Source: the human T2T-CHM13v2.0 reference genome, Homo sapiens
Length of the DNA: 64,000 bases
Strand: one strand, 5' to 3'
Assembly (NCBI RefSeq): GCF_009914755.1
Contig: NC_060930.1
This document shows, one piece after another, positions 14,215 to 27,478 of this stretch. The position numbers and the translations under genes are program-made. A model generated the notes under the pieces. That model was not told the DNA's origin, did not search any database, and saw nothing but the letters and a program-made list of their open reading frames with translations. Position 1 is the first letter of the stretch. The number at the start of each line of letters is the position of its first letter.

Positions 14215-15011
14215 CCATACATTCCATGAACACATAGAGTTATACAAAGGATTATAAGAGTGATTAACTGGGACTATTCAGGCTCAAACTGTTAAGTCTT
14301 TAAAGATAAAGGCAAAAACTCATAGTATTTTTGTTTTGTTTTGTTTTTTATCAGTGGCAAATGTGTAGGCAGGAGCATCCATAGCCCGGGCTGTTCTCTG
14401 GTGGTTCCACTGATCGAAACAACTGAGACAAGTCAATGTGAGGATTATAAATCAATTGGGAGTGTATTAGAATTAATAAAGAATTGGAATTATAGAGTCT
14501 AAACCTGAAATATGTAACTGATTCATTGCTTTTTTTTTTTTTTTTTTTTTTTTGGTCACGAGAATCGCCAGGACTGGTTCTCTTAACATATGTAAAGAAA
14601 CTTGAATATGACAGACTTTTATTGCCAACTTAACAGCCATTTTCAAACTCCTTCTTTGTCACACAAGTCTTATTTGCCAAAGAACACTAATTCTGTTCAG
14701 AATTTGGTACTTGTGTGCTTCAGTAAAAATGAATCCTTTCATAATCCAGGAATGAAAATATGCTTAGTTTACACCAGTCATGGAAATTGTTTTTTCTCCA
14801 GGCTAATTAATGGTTTAGTAAGGGCAACCATTTCTCACCAAGGAGACCCGGTGGAATTGGTGAACCTTTTGGGAATGGATTATTCCTTCTGAAAACAAGA
14901 AAAAAAAATACAAACTGTTCTTTTGTGACCCTGAATCTAGTTGGGTTGAGAACCTGACATCTGCAACAGCTGCTGCATTTTTCAAATATGAGTAAGAGAG
15001 TGAGAGAACAA

Positions 15012-15784
<773 letters not shown>

Positions 15785-18269
15785 CCAAGGCACTCCTCTG
15801 GTAATGGTAGGGTGAGCAATGGACAGAATTTGTGTGCTTGATGATGCTAGTGAGTAAGGGATAAAACAACAATACCTCTGTTCTTTTTATTAGAAAACAT
15901 TTTTTTCCTCTTGTTTTAGACAATGCTAGTAAATTTATTTGTGATTTATTGCTGAGACATCCCAAAGCAACATGCAACGTTTGGGGTATTGCAAATATTT
16001 AGGGGAAAAGAATACTTGGAATGGCCTAGAGTTCCCTATGCTAGTCAAACAGGTGGAGGCTCCAGTGTAGAGATTTGGAGTATTAACTTAAATGTGACCT
16101 CATGTGTTCTCACAGTCTGCTGAAGCTTTGCACTTATCATTTACATTCTGTTACTTATTGTCATTCCACTGTTATCCGAGACTGGTGTGGCCTGGGGAAA
16201 TGCCACCGACATTTGCTTGATGGCCAAGCACCATGCAAGTCAATTTCATTTGCTTTGTATCAAGATCCTAGCCTGGAGTTTTGATTAAAGATAAAGAGAT
16301 GCAAAAATACCCAAATCACATGCATGGAAACAAAACGTCTGCTTCTTCAGATAGTTCTATTTTTGTGTCTATAATTCTGCTCACCAACTGCATGTGTAAC
16401 CTTTCTTTAAATTTGCAAAATAATTCAGAAGTTTTCATGCTGCCAATTGCTAATCAAACCTTCTTCATCAACATCCACGCCCTCTTCCCATTTGTCCTCA
16501 TATTCATACACTGCAAACAGTGGCTCACGCAGCTCCCTCTTCTCTTTGCCTCAGAAAAACAACAGGCTGTGTAACCAAGGGGAAGCTTATTAGCAGCTAA
16601 AAGCTCATTTTTAATGCTACCTAATCAGATTGCAGACTCATTTAAATTATGAACCTTAAAAAAACCATCATTTAATGACTCATATATTAGTGTGGGTTGT
16701 CAAACAGCCTTTAATATCGCTTGCTTCCTCTCAAAGAGTTCAAGCTCTAACCTTTGCCAGAATAAATTGGTAAACCTGTTTCTTTCTCAGTGCATATGGT
16801 GAAAACCTTTAAGGTCTGTCTGATTTATATAAGTGTACTTGGCTGCTATTTTATATTTATTCAAACTATGTTATAAAGTAAAAGTAAGGCTTAGCTCCAA
16901 GAATAAGATATATTTTAGTATAAAGACTGGACATATTCATGAATAAGGCACATGTAGGCTTCTCAATTATGACTGGCTTACTAAATTGAGTTCATTTACT
17001 CTGCATCATGTTACTTGCTTTTATTATTGATTTATCCTGAAAGTTAATGAATGAAAATGCAGGTGCTTGAAATTTTCATATATTTTAAATACATTTTTAA
17101 GCTGCAACATTGTAAAGGTATTTTTATAGCATTTAGGGTTTTTCTGACTGGGTATGTGTTTTCATTTGCCAAGAAAATGTAAGACCTGTGGCAACAGTTG
17201 GTTATCTCTTTGCTCCCCATTGCTATCATCAAGGAATTGATTTGAAACTGTCTGTATCACCAACTAAAGGGAACTATCCATTCTGACATGGCTCTGGCAT
17301 ACATGTATGTCATCTAAATTGACGTACAGCTTAATGTTGCTGTGTGGAAGCAAACTCATGACTTTACTGACTGTGAAGAAAATTGTTTCAGGAGCCATCT
17401 ATCAATATCAGTCGGGCATCCAACATTTATAGAACCAGCATTTGACAACTTTTAAGTAAATTACTCCCTCTAGACGTTTCAAATATTTCAAGGTTAGTTG
17501 AGAATGTTTTAATTGTTATAGTCTTAACATATGGGCTATGGAATTAATGTCAGAGGAAACTTGCAACAGCCTGCCATCCTAGAACAAAGAGTCTTTGAAC
17601 AAACTGGAAGTTGACTATCTGGTCTCTGTCTAAGAACTCCAGGACACAAAATCTTAGGTATTACCATTGTTCAGTCAAGGCCTCTCCATTGAGACTACTT
17701 TTTTCTTTCTGCAACGTATAAAAAATACTATCACACTTTCAACATGACATTCTTTCAAATGTTTGAAGATAATGTCTTCATACAATTACAGGCTAAAGAA
17801 GTTCAATACTTTTAACCACTCTTTTGTCTTCATACTCTTTAACTGTGATGTTTGGTAGTAAATACAACATTCCATCTTGATATGACCAAGATGGAAAATA
17901 GGAGTATTATGCTCTTGTAGCCTACGTATAGGGACATTGGGTGATGACTTTGAAGAAAAATATATATCTAATTTTAAAAGAAAAGAAACACTTCTCTCTC
18001 CTTTCTCTTCCTCCATCTCTCCCTCTCTGACATCCTTCCTGAATATAAGTGATTCTGTCTACAGTCAGTTACATTGTGCTGATCAAGGTAAGTTTACTCA
18101 TTGAAATTGAATGGCAGAGCAGCATGAGTTGTTGGATCAAGCAACGGGAGGATAGTGTCTATGTTAGTGTCACAGGGAAGCAGTAGCAGTCCACATTGGA
18201 GAAAGTGTTGAGGCTAATGTGGGATGAGAAAACTTTCTGTGCAGTAGACAGAAGAGAATTACCATTATA

Positions 18270-18910
18270 AATGTCTATCCATTTATTTAGAGCTCCTATT
18301 ATTTGTCTCAGCAATGCTTTGTATCTTTATACAAATTGTGTATTTCTTAGTTAAATGTATTCTTAAGTAATTTATTTTTATGCTATTGTTAACGAAATTA
18401 CTTTCATAATTTCAATTTAGATTATACATACTTACAATATTGAAATACAACTTAATTTTCTATATTCATCTTGTATTCTGCAACCTTACTAAACTCATTT
18501 TTTAGCTCTAACAGTGTGTGTGTATGTGCATGTGTGTATTCCTTGCAATTTTCTAGATACAGACTCACGTCATCTATAAATACAGGTTTACTCTTTCCTT
18601 TTAATCTTCATAGGATGTTAAGTTATTTTTAATAGTTTTAGCACTGGCTAGAACCTCTAACAAGTTGTTGAATAGAAGTGGTTAGGGCAGGTATTCTTAC
18701 CTAATTCCAGTTTAAGAAAAAACGGTTCAAGCCTTCTCCATTAAGGATAATGTTAGCTGTAGAATTTTAACAGATGTGTTTTATCAGGTTTAGGATATTC
18801 TTTTTTATTTCTAGTTTGTTATGAATATTTATTATGAATGGGTATTGGAGTTCACCCATTTCATTTTAGTCTATTGAGAAACCATGTGTTTTTTCTCTTT
18901 TATTAATATG
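18270..18910 (-). mobile_element. Old L1 (L1M) ORF2 fragment, left part
   Basis: atcttgtattctgcaaccttactaaactcattt, gcactggctagaacctcta...ttgaatagaagtggt: antisense L1 ORF2. Confidence 0.85.
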
Positions 18911-19947
18911 ATATGATAAAGACCTGTGATTATGCTATCTTAAATAGAAATAGGAAACTAAAACATAAATAGTACCCATAAATGGGGTGCTGCTCTCACA
19001 AATGCCTAACAATGTTGAAGTGGCTTAGGAATTTGGCAATGGGCAAGGACTAAAAGAATTATGAGAAACATGGTAGGAAAATTATAGATTGCCTAGAACA
19101 AACAGCATTAAAGAAACAGCTAGTCAGAATACAGAATGAAGTGAGGAAGAAAAAAAAAAGACTACTGTCATAGAGAACACCTAAAAAGTAATAAATAAAC
19201 TTGGTAGACATATAAATGTTAAAGGTGCTTTTGGTTAGAACTCAAAGCAAAATGAGGAACATGTTATTGGAGACTAGAAGAAAGAGAATCCTTATTGTAT
19301 ATTGGCAGGAAGCTTAACTGAATTGCATCTTACAAATTATGTGAAAGGTAGAATTTATTAAGCAATGAACTTGGATGTTTATGTGAGGAGATTTCAAAGC
19401 AAAGTGTTGACGGTGTGTCCTGATTTCTTCATGCTGCTTACAGCAAGCCACAGAAGATTGTTCATAGCCCTTGAAACTTAATGGAGATTACCTAGATGGA
19501 TTTAGAATTCTCTTAAGATAGGTGACTTCCTTTGTCCTTTCATTTTCTCCCTTCTTCAGTGGGAATTTCTATTAATATTATCATTTCCCTATATCTGCAC
19601 CACCATTGCATTTTGGGAGCAGATAATTTGTTTTATAGTTTTATAGATGCATAGATGAAGGGAAATTTTTCCTTAGGATGAATTATGTCCTTAGCCTCCT
19701 CCATAGCTAATTTAGATGATGAAATTCAGGGCTTTTAAGTTGGTGAGTCTTAGGTGAGATTTTGGGCTTGAATTGATGATATAATGGAAACTTTGGGATG
19801 TGCTGAATATATTTTGTGTGTGGAATGACTCCCTTTCGCACCAGAGGAGGGATTTTGGTAGGTTGAATAATAACCGTCAAAGATGTCCATGTCCTAATCC
19901 CTGGCTCCGATGAAAATGTGACCTTACATAGCAATAAGAAACTAGTA
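18911..19947 (+). mobile_element. MLT1D-like MaLR provirus: internally deleted MLT1-int flanked by two miniature LTRs
   Basis: Internal part 18966-19853 (atggggtgctgct...gaagtggcttaggaatttggcaatgggc; caccattgcattttgggagcagataa); LTR remnants about 18911-18965 and 19854-19947; candidate TSD atatg. Confidence 0.85.
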
Positions 19948-20130
19948 ATATGGTATTTTATGTTAATTTACACACAGATGTTAAATTAACCTTGTACTTT
20001 TTGTGTAATTCTCGTTTGATCATGGTGTTTAATGCTTTTGTATATAGCTGGACTTAATTTACTAATATTTTGGTAACGATTTGCAACTAACTTTTAAAGA
20101 CATGAATATGGTGTTTTACTTTTATGTCTG
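19948..20130 (-). mobile_element. Old L1 ORF2 fragment, continuation of 18270-18910
   Basis: ttgatcatggtg...tatatagctggacttaatttactaatattttg resumes the antisense L1 after the MaLR insertion. Confidence 0.75.
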
Positions 20131-21317
20131 TTAAAATTTGTCTCGTGTGCTTTTTCTAGCCAACTGAGACTGTCACATTACAACAGGGAAAGTTATTAAA
20201 TACAATATTGAGTACATCAATATTAACCTTCATTGGGTGAACAATATGTAATATACTCCCACCGTTAAATCAATTCTAGTTGACCCTGCTTTAATCTTTA
20301 ATATCCACTGTACTTATGCTCTTACCTGCATATTTCTATGTAATTCTAGAACTTTTTTTAACTGTCCTCTTTCTCAATACCACCACTGTTCATTTGGAAG
20401 CAGGTATATCCTTGAAATATCATAACCTATAATATAAAATATAATCACTTGATTGTGTTAAAATCAAATCTCCATAAGTACCCATTATTTTGAAATTAAT
20501 TTAGAGAAATCTGACTTCATATGTTCCTCACAGCCCAGCTGGGAATAGCTCTTCGAAAAACTAGAGAGATATTGCTGGTAGAGCTGGACTACTTCTTCAA
20601 AGTAGCCTTCAGCCTTCAAAAAAAAAAACCAAAATAAAAAATAACTCAACTTCTGTCTCTTTTTTTCATATGACTCTGATAACTGTCGTCTTTTAAAACA
20701 ACTTTATTCAAATTTTGGCATGTCTTAATTTTGTTCTTCCTATGTATGTTGATTCCTGACAATCTGGCTGTCTTCCCTGGTTCAATAATCCCAATAAACT
20801 TTGTCTCCATTCCTGTGAATGTATAATTGATTTTTTGCTTTGCACATTTTTTTCCTCTTATGTTTATAGTTTCTCATTTCATTTGTGAGTACTCGCTGAC
20901 AATTCGGGATTCCACAGCTACTAGACATATTTCTCAGTTCTAAGTAAAGGGTAATTAGATCCACCTGGAACCTTTGGTCTTTAGACCCTTCATCTTGGCT
21001 ATTTTCTTCTGCCCTTTCTGGCTCCATATGGCACTACTGCCTCCACCCTCTAACTTTTGAGGGTCTTAATAAAAGCTGCCCCTTTTATATCATACATGAT
21101 AGTCTAGAAAGTAGGCTAACTTTATATATTTTATGTATAAAATATATATGTATAACTATATATTTTAAATATGTTTATATATTTTTATTTTTAGCTAAGT
21201 TTTATCTTTTTTTCTGAAAATTCAGTTTAAAGAATTATTTATTACATTAGTGATTCCTATCAGAAAAAAATGCTTTGTCTCCTTCAATCAAACACCATTA
21301 TATTAAATTACAAATGT

Positions 21318-21790
21318 CATTCATTTAATAAGAGTAATTTAGTGTCACTATGTGTTAGTTACTATACTACTCATTGGGACACAGGTAACTAAGATTGATT
21401 TGCACTCTCAAGGAGCTCATGGTCTATTATGGGAGAGATGTTAATAAGCTAACCATTGCTATCAATGACAATAAAAAATGGTGATATTTTAAAACGTTTG
21501 AAAATAATATTTGCCAAATGGGTCAGTAAATGCTCACAAACTGTAGTTTGGGTGGACATGGGAATTTTTCTTGTGAATTATTTGTGAAAAAGGCATTTTA
21601 GATCAGGATAATTGTATGTGCAAATGCTGATATGTTTGGCAGAGGCTTAGTTTGTTTTCCTCAAAAGTAAAACCTGAGATAATGTCTTGAATACATGTGG
21701 TTTACTTGGCAGGATGGGAGTGAACCTAGAAAACAGGACTAACGGAGAAGGCCTAAGTGGGAACAAAAAAGGATTAAAAATGAATGTAAG
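21318..21790 (-). mobile_element. L2 3' fragment
   Basis: tcattcatttaataag...actatgtg...ctctcaaggagctcatggtcta is an antisense L2 tail. Confidence 0.65.
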
Positions 21791-21949
21791 ATTTCATCTG
21801 AGTTTCCTGCTCTGGGCAACAGAGATTCATTTCTGCCAGTACCTCAATGAAACAAAAGCTCCAATATTTAATTATTAGTTATCCAGTCTGAAGATGGATA
21901 TCTAATTTGGTCACAGTAGGGCTCACACTACCTCTTAGATGTGGTCCCT

Positions 21950-22240
21950 GAAAGCTAAAAGTCAGAAGGGTGGAACATTCATTCATCATTTCTGTCCACT
22001 ATTGGCTGAGGATAGCTCTCGGGGAATAACATCCCCACATTCTGGCTGTGATCATGCGAGGGTCAGTGGAGCTCTTGAGGCATGGGGAGAGGGACATGGG
22101 ACAGAATGCTGCATGACTTTTGATGCATTTGTGGTAGTGCAATGAGAACAGAACTTGGATGGGACTGCTGTCTATCACAGCAGCAGATGAAATCAGAGGT
22201 GGACAGAGATGTGACACAGGCACCAAAGACATTTGATACA
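21950..22240 (-). mobile_element. Old ERVL LTR fragment, LTR33-group-like
   Basis: cagcagatgaaatcagaggtgg...gacatttgataca; the reverse complement begins TGTA and resembles CCACCTCTGATTTCAGC of LTR33A-C. Confidence 0.45.
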
Positions 22241-22559
22241 GGGGACTTTAAAGAAATTTGATATTGCTGAGGCATAGGATGTGTACATAAGTGTGAGTGT
22301 GGATCGAGGACTCAGTAGTGAATTGGTGGTAATAGTATTGAAAAATCCAGCAAAAATGAGATTTAAGATGCCAAAGTATGAAAGCTAAAATTTCCTGGGG
22401 ATAATCATTGGGGAACAAATAATTTATAAATAGAAGTAATATGGTATAGTATTTGTGTTTGAGAACAATTACTCTGAAAACCACTTTGATAATGAGGAAA
22501 AGAACAAGACAAAGGAAGGTGAAGCTAGAAGAAGATGAGAGCATCCACCTTTGGGGATG

Positions 22560-23490
22560 ATATGATTCTGAATAACTAATGCTATTGAAAATGGAGATTC
22601 AGGAATATGAAATGGAGATGACATATAAATCATGGAGCAGGAACTAGTATCTAATTAGATGTGTAATGTAGAGGGAAAGAGAGAAAACAATGTGGCTCAT
22701 ATCTTTGCAGATAAACAAGTAGAATGGTCATCCTATCAATTATAACCAAGAATAAAGTTCACACATTCAGCTGGTTTAAGTTGAATTCAGAAGGCAGTTG
22801 GACCTTGAACAATCGAGAATGTTCTGTGTTGGGATAGAGATTTGGAGTTTTTTTTTAAATAACAAAGTAGTAGTATAATCTGTGAATGTGCATGAGATAG
22901 TTCACAAAACACATACATAAAGGGAAGAGACAACTGTTCAGGACTCTGAATACTGCCAATATCTAAGGAGAAAAGAGGAATCACCAATGATAATGCAAGG
23001 AGTAAGTGGAACAATTAAACCAAGAAAGACTGTGTTTATAAATTCTAAGAGATGGTAAAATGTAAAGGAGAATATATTAAAGTGCATTAAATGGCAGGCA
23101 TTTTAAACAGTGCTGGAAGTAGTCAATTGTGTTATGTATCTTGCAAATTCAAATAATTTAAGAATAATAAGTGACAATTAGATTTTGCAGTTAGGCTTTT
23201 AGGGATCTTAGCAAGAACAATTTCTGTCTAGGGTAAGAAAAGTTGGCAGATCACCAAGGGCTAAGATGAGAATAGAAGAGAAGGCAGAATAACCTGGCTA
23301 GGATGAAAAGAAGAGAATTTAACAATAGAGGGTGATTCAGATGAAAATGGTTTCTTAAGTATGGGAATAATCTGTACATATTTACATGCTGAGAAGAAAG
23401 GGCCAAAAATATAGGATAAAGAGGGGAAAAGATAGGGAAGTCCAAAATGTGAAAGTGGTACTTGGAACATGATGGATTAATGTTAGAGAT
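22560..23490 (-). mobile_element. L2 fragment
   Basis: Purine-rich antisense L2 motifs (tagatgtgtaatgtagagggaaagagag; gacaattagattttgca...cttagcaagaacaatttc). Confidence 0.65.
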
Positions 23491-23502
23491 AAAAAGAGAG
23501 GC

Positions 23503-23537
23503 TCCAGCCTGGGAAACAGAGCGAGACTCCATCCCAA

Positions 23538-23579
<42 letters not shown>
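23503..23579 (+). mobile_element. Severely 5'-truncated Alu (about 33 bp of body) with (AAT)n tail
   Basis: tccagcctgggaaacagagcgagactccatc plus (AAT) array; TSD gagaggc 23496-23502 / 23580-23586. Confidence 0.9.
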
Positions 23580-23582
<3 letters not shown>

Positions 23583-25670
23583 AGGCATCTTCTTTTGAAG
23601 TAAGACAAAAAAACTAAAATATATTTAAGTTTAGATGCTTTTAATTAAGATAAAATAGTAATAGTCTAGCTATTTACAATTTTATCATAGATAAAATTTG
23701 ACACAAAAGAGTTTAGCTCCATGATAACATTGGTTATTAGGGACAACTTCCTGCTGATATAATTTGTTAATGGGTTTGTAGCACTTCTACTTTATATCTT
23801 TAAGGACTGTGGAGATAGCCATCAATCAAGAGTGATTTAGGTGAAGCCTAGTGATGAGACCCCTGTTGATAGTTCCCAGAAATATCACTCTATCAGTAGA
23901 GTATATCAAATACAGTTCACTGTAAAAATGGAACTTCTTAGCACAGTTGTAGGTAAATGGCACACAGTAGGTACTAAATAAATAGCTATTAACTTCATAA
24001 CATGGCATCATCTACATTTTAAAAAGAAAGATATAGCAATAGTTTAATTTATTGTTATCCTTGGACCAGAAAATACTAGCACCACTGGGATTTTAATTAG
24101 GAAAATTATTAATGGAAATGTTTCCTATATGCAAAATTTGCCTAATTTGTGTTTGTGACATCAACTTTATACATTTCTGTAGTAATATTCTCTGTGATTT
24201 TAGTTCCTCTCTTTGAACATAAGAAGTCCTGTTTTTGAAATAATCAAACAAAAGGCACTGCATCTCAAGATTTGTGTTTTGAAGTGTAATATCTAGGGTA
24301 CTGTTGAGTTAGTTTTTATATTACTTGAAGCCTCTGTAGAGTTAATCCGAAGAGGGATATCTAATGTGTTCACAATAGGACTCACACTACCTCTTAGATG
24401 TGGTCCTTAAGAAGTGCGAAACTTGAAGAAAAATTGCCCAGCCTATACTCAGCAGACAATTGCTTTTGTCAACTGAAATTATTCAGTTGCCCTGACCTAC
24501 CTTAAGGGTTTCCTAGTCACTCTTCAGCTCTAAATGCAGCAGGAAAAACTGCTGCAGGATACAATTGTCTGCCTGTACTTTACTGAAACTAAACAATTAT
24601 TTTCATGTCATGAGCAAAAATCTGCGTTCAAAATAAGAGAATTGAATCCATGTCTAGTTTGTCTAACCTTCAACATCATGAAAACATTTGGTATTTATTA
24701 ATTTCAGGATATTTTTGAACATGACCCTCACAGACTGACATATTCTTCTCATAACTTTAGCATTTTATTTCAAAGTAATCATTTGGGAAATGTTCTCCCT
24801 TTGAACAAAACCTGGAACAACCATTGACAAATTTTAAGTTATATTATGTTGATGATATAAAATGTTTCAGTATATAAAACCATACTCTAGTTTCCAAAGA
24901 AACTATTTTATAAGGGGCATATTCTTTTTTTAATATAAAGAGATGGGTCTCTTTAAATACATATTGTGGAGTAAAATGCAACATTATTAAAGGAAACAAA
25001 TTTCCCTACTTCACATGTCAGAGAGAGCAAGAACATGCATGAATAAACATCTAGACAAAACTTAGTGTAGCTAAGACATCATTATACACAGCAAGAGTTT
25101 CCTTTGGTATAACTACAGTTTTTAATTGGATTCTCCAAGTCCAGAGGTTCTTTGACTTTAGAATTAGGAAAGGCAAACCAAAGGTGAACTGAGATTGGTG
25201 AGCACACACTCTTGAATGAGAATGATTTATATTTTCAAAGCAGTCTACTTATATACAATCATCTATACCACAAATTATACATGTTTTAATGTATGATTCT
25301 GTCTTGTTAGCAATTGCTAAAAAGGTCTCAAGTCTAAGTTCCAGTCCTGCCTTATTCTAAAGAATTTAGAGAAAAAATCTTCAAACACTTGTAGAGATAA
25401 CTATTTCATTAGGAAAATTATAGCTTTGTCTTCAGGTACATCTGAATCCTTGTTTAAAAGAGGTAGGATATACTTTTACATATTTTGTATAATAACAGCA
25501 ATAACACTTATTTTTCTGGCCTCTAAATCTTATATACCAGCACTAAGTACGATCAAATATTAACACTCTTAAGTTCTTATCAGAAAGTATTATTTCAGAA
25601 TAATAATTATTTTCCTATGAATTTGAAAAATCTTATTTGACTATGGATGGTGGAAGCACTCACTTTGGCC

Positions 25671-25921
25671 CAGAGGCCACAAATTGATGTATCATGGCCC
25701 AAATTGGCTCAAATATAAGAATTTTATTTGACCTCTAGTTTCCAAAATTTATTTTTGAATTGAATAACACTTCAAAATAAGGAGAATTTACATAGAATCA
25801 GGATATTTGGCTTTTCATAAGAAACTGGTAACCTATACTGCTATAACAAGTTTAAGGAGCCCTTAGTACGCCTTCTTTACCTGCTTATTACCTTTGTAGT
25901 TATTTGAGTTTGCAATCTCTA
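25671..25921 (+). mobile_element. MER102-like hAT-Charlie DNA transposon
   Basis: Starts cagaggccacaaattg, ends atttgagtttgcaatctct; internal ggagaatttacatagaatcaggatatttggctttt. Confidence 0.7.
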
Positions 25922-25931
25922 CCTAGAAAAA

Positions 25932-26065
25932 TGTGGTTTGAATTCTAGATCCTTTTATTAATTGTGTCAATTTGAAAAAAAACTCATGTAACTTCACTAA
26001 GCCTCAGTTTTCTCCTATATAAAATAAGAACCATAACTGCTTTATCTTATAATTTAGGGTAAAGT
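25932..26065 (+). mobile_element. MIR
   Basis: ggtttgaattc...taacttcactaagcctcagttttctcctatataaaata. Confidence 0.8.
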
Positions 26066-27139
26066 AAGTTGCAGATATTTCAAGTAGTACGGATATTCCC
26101 TACCATTAATTTGGTGTTACTGGGGAAACTGGAGCTATCTTAATCTCACCTCAGATTCCTCAGGTGATGAATTTCTGAGGTGATCCAAAATCTGCCCTGT
26201 TTCTTTAAACTCCAAATCCGGATTGGTCAGCATACAATTAATTCATATTAATTAAGCCCACAATTCTGTTGTTAAACAATTACATCTATGTCATTTTATA
26301 GCATACATTTTAATTGTTGGGGTATTAGATATTTGAGTCTTCTGACCAACACATTTCCCTTTGGATAAATTACGCAGATTGTCAAATTCAACCAATTTGC
26401 TGTTGATTTATGATTAGAAATATAATAGGCAAGGTTAATATATAGAGGACTTAAGTCCTTGGGCTGCATATTTTGTTCTACAGGAGCTTCAAAGGGAAAA
26501 CATAGATTCGTCAGAAGGTACTTTAGTGAATATGGCGTCAAAAGCAGAGAATTATATATAATATTTGAATAATTGATAAAATTAGGTTAAGCTATATTGT
26601 TACAAGTGGGCAGAGAAAGTCTTTGGCCCATAGCAACCATTTTGTTGGACTGTCCTTGGATGGGCAGTCATTATATTTGATACTGGAACACTGCTTATTT
26701 TATTTCTCATGCTTAAGCTACCTTCCTTCTAATGATATTGATATTTTATTGGATGTGTAAATTTATGCAATCAGGATTCATTAAAAGCTTTCTCTTCTAA
26801 GAGGATCTTTGTCTTTCTAAGACAGATAGTCCATCCCTGTCCAGGTTGATTATGTCTTGATGTTCCTGTTTAATTCTCAAAGGATAATCTTATTGTAAAT
26901 TCTTTGTAAAATTCTAGTTGCAATTCAGATTGGTTCTTATTCTCTTAGTCCCTTGGAAGAACTTGCACCCAAAGTTATATTGTCTTTTAACACATTTGTC
27001 TCTGAGTATTCTTTGTATGTCTGTTTTGTGTATATATGTCTATGTGGGCTTTAGAAAGTATGTTTAATGTTTAATGTAATCTTTCATTATACATCTCTGC
27101 ATTAAAAATAATAATAATGTACTCTTTTTGACTTACATT

Positions 27140-27478
<339 letters not shown>

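Noticed and set aside
18904-19956. MaLR as an L1-retroposed RNA with an 11-bp TSD (taatatgatat/taatatggtat)
   Set aside because: No poly-A tail and both LTR 3' termini are present; a 5-bp integrase TSD with mini-LTRs explains it better.
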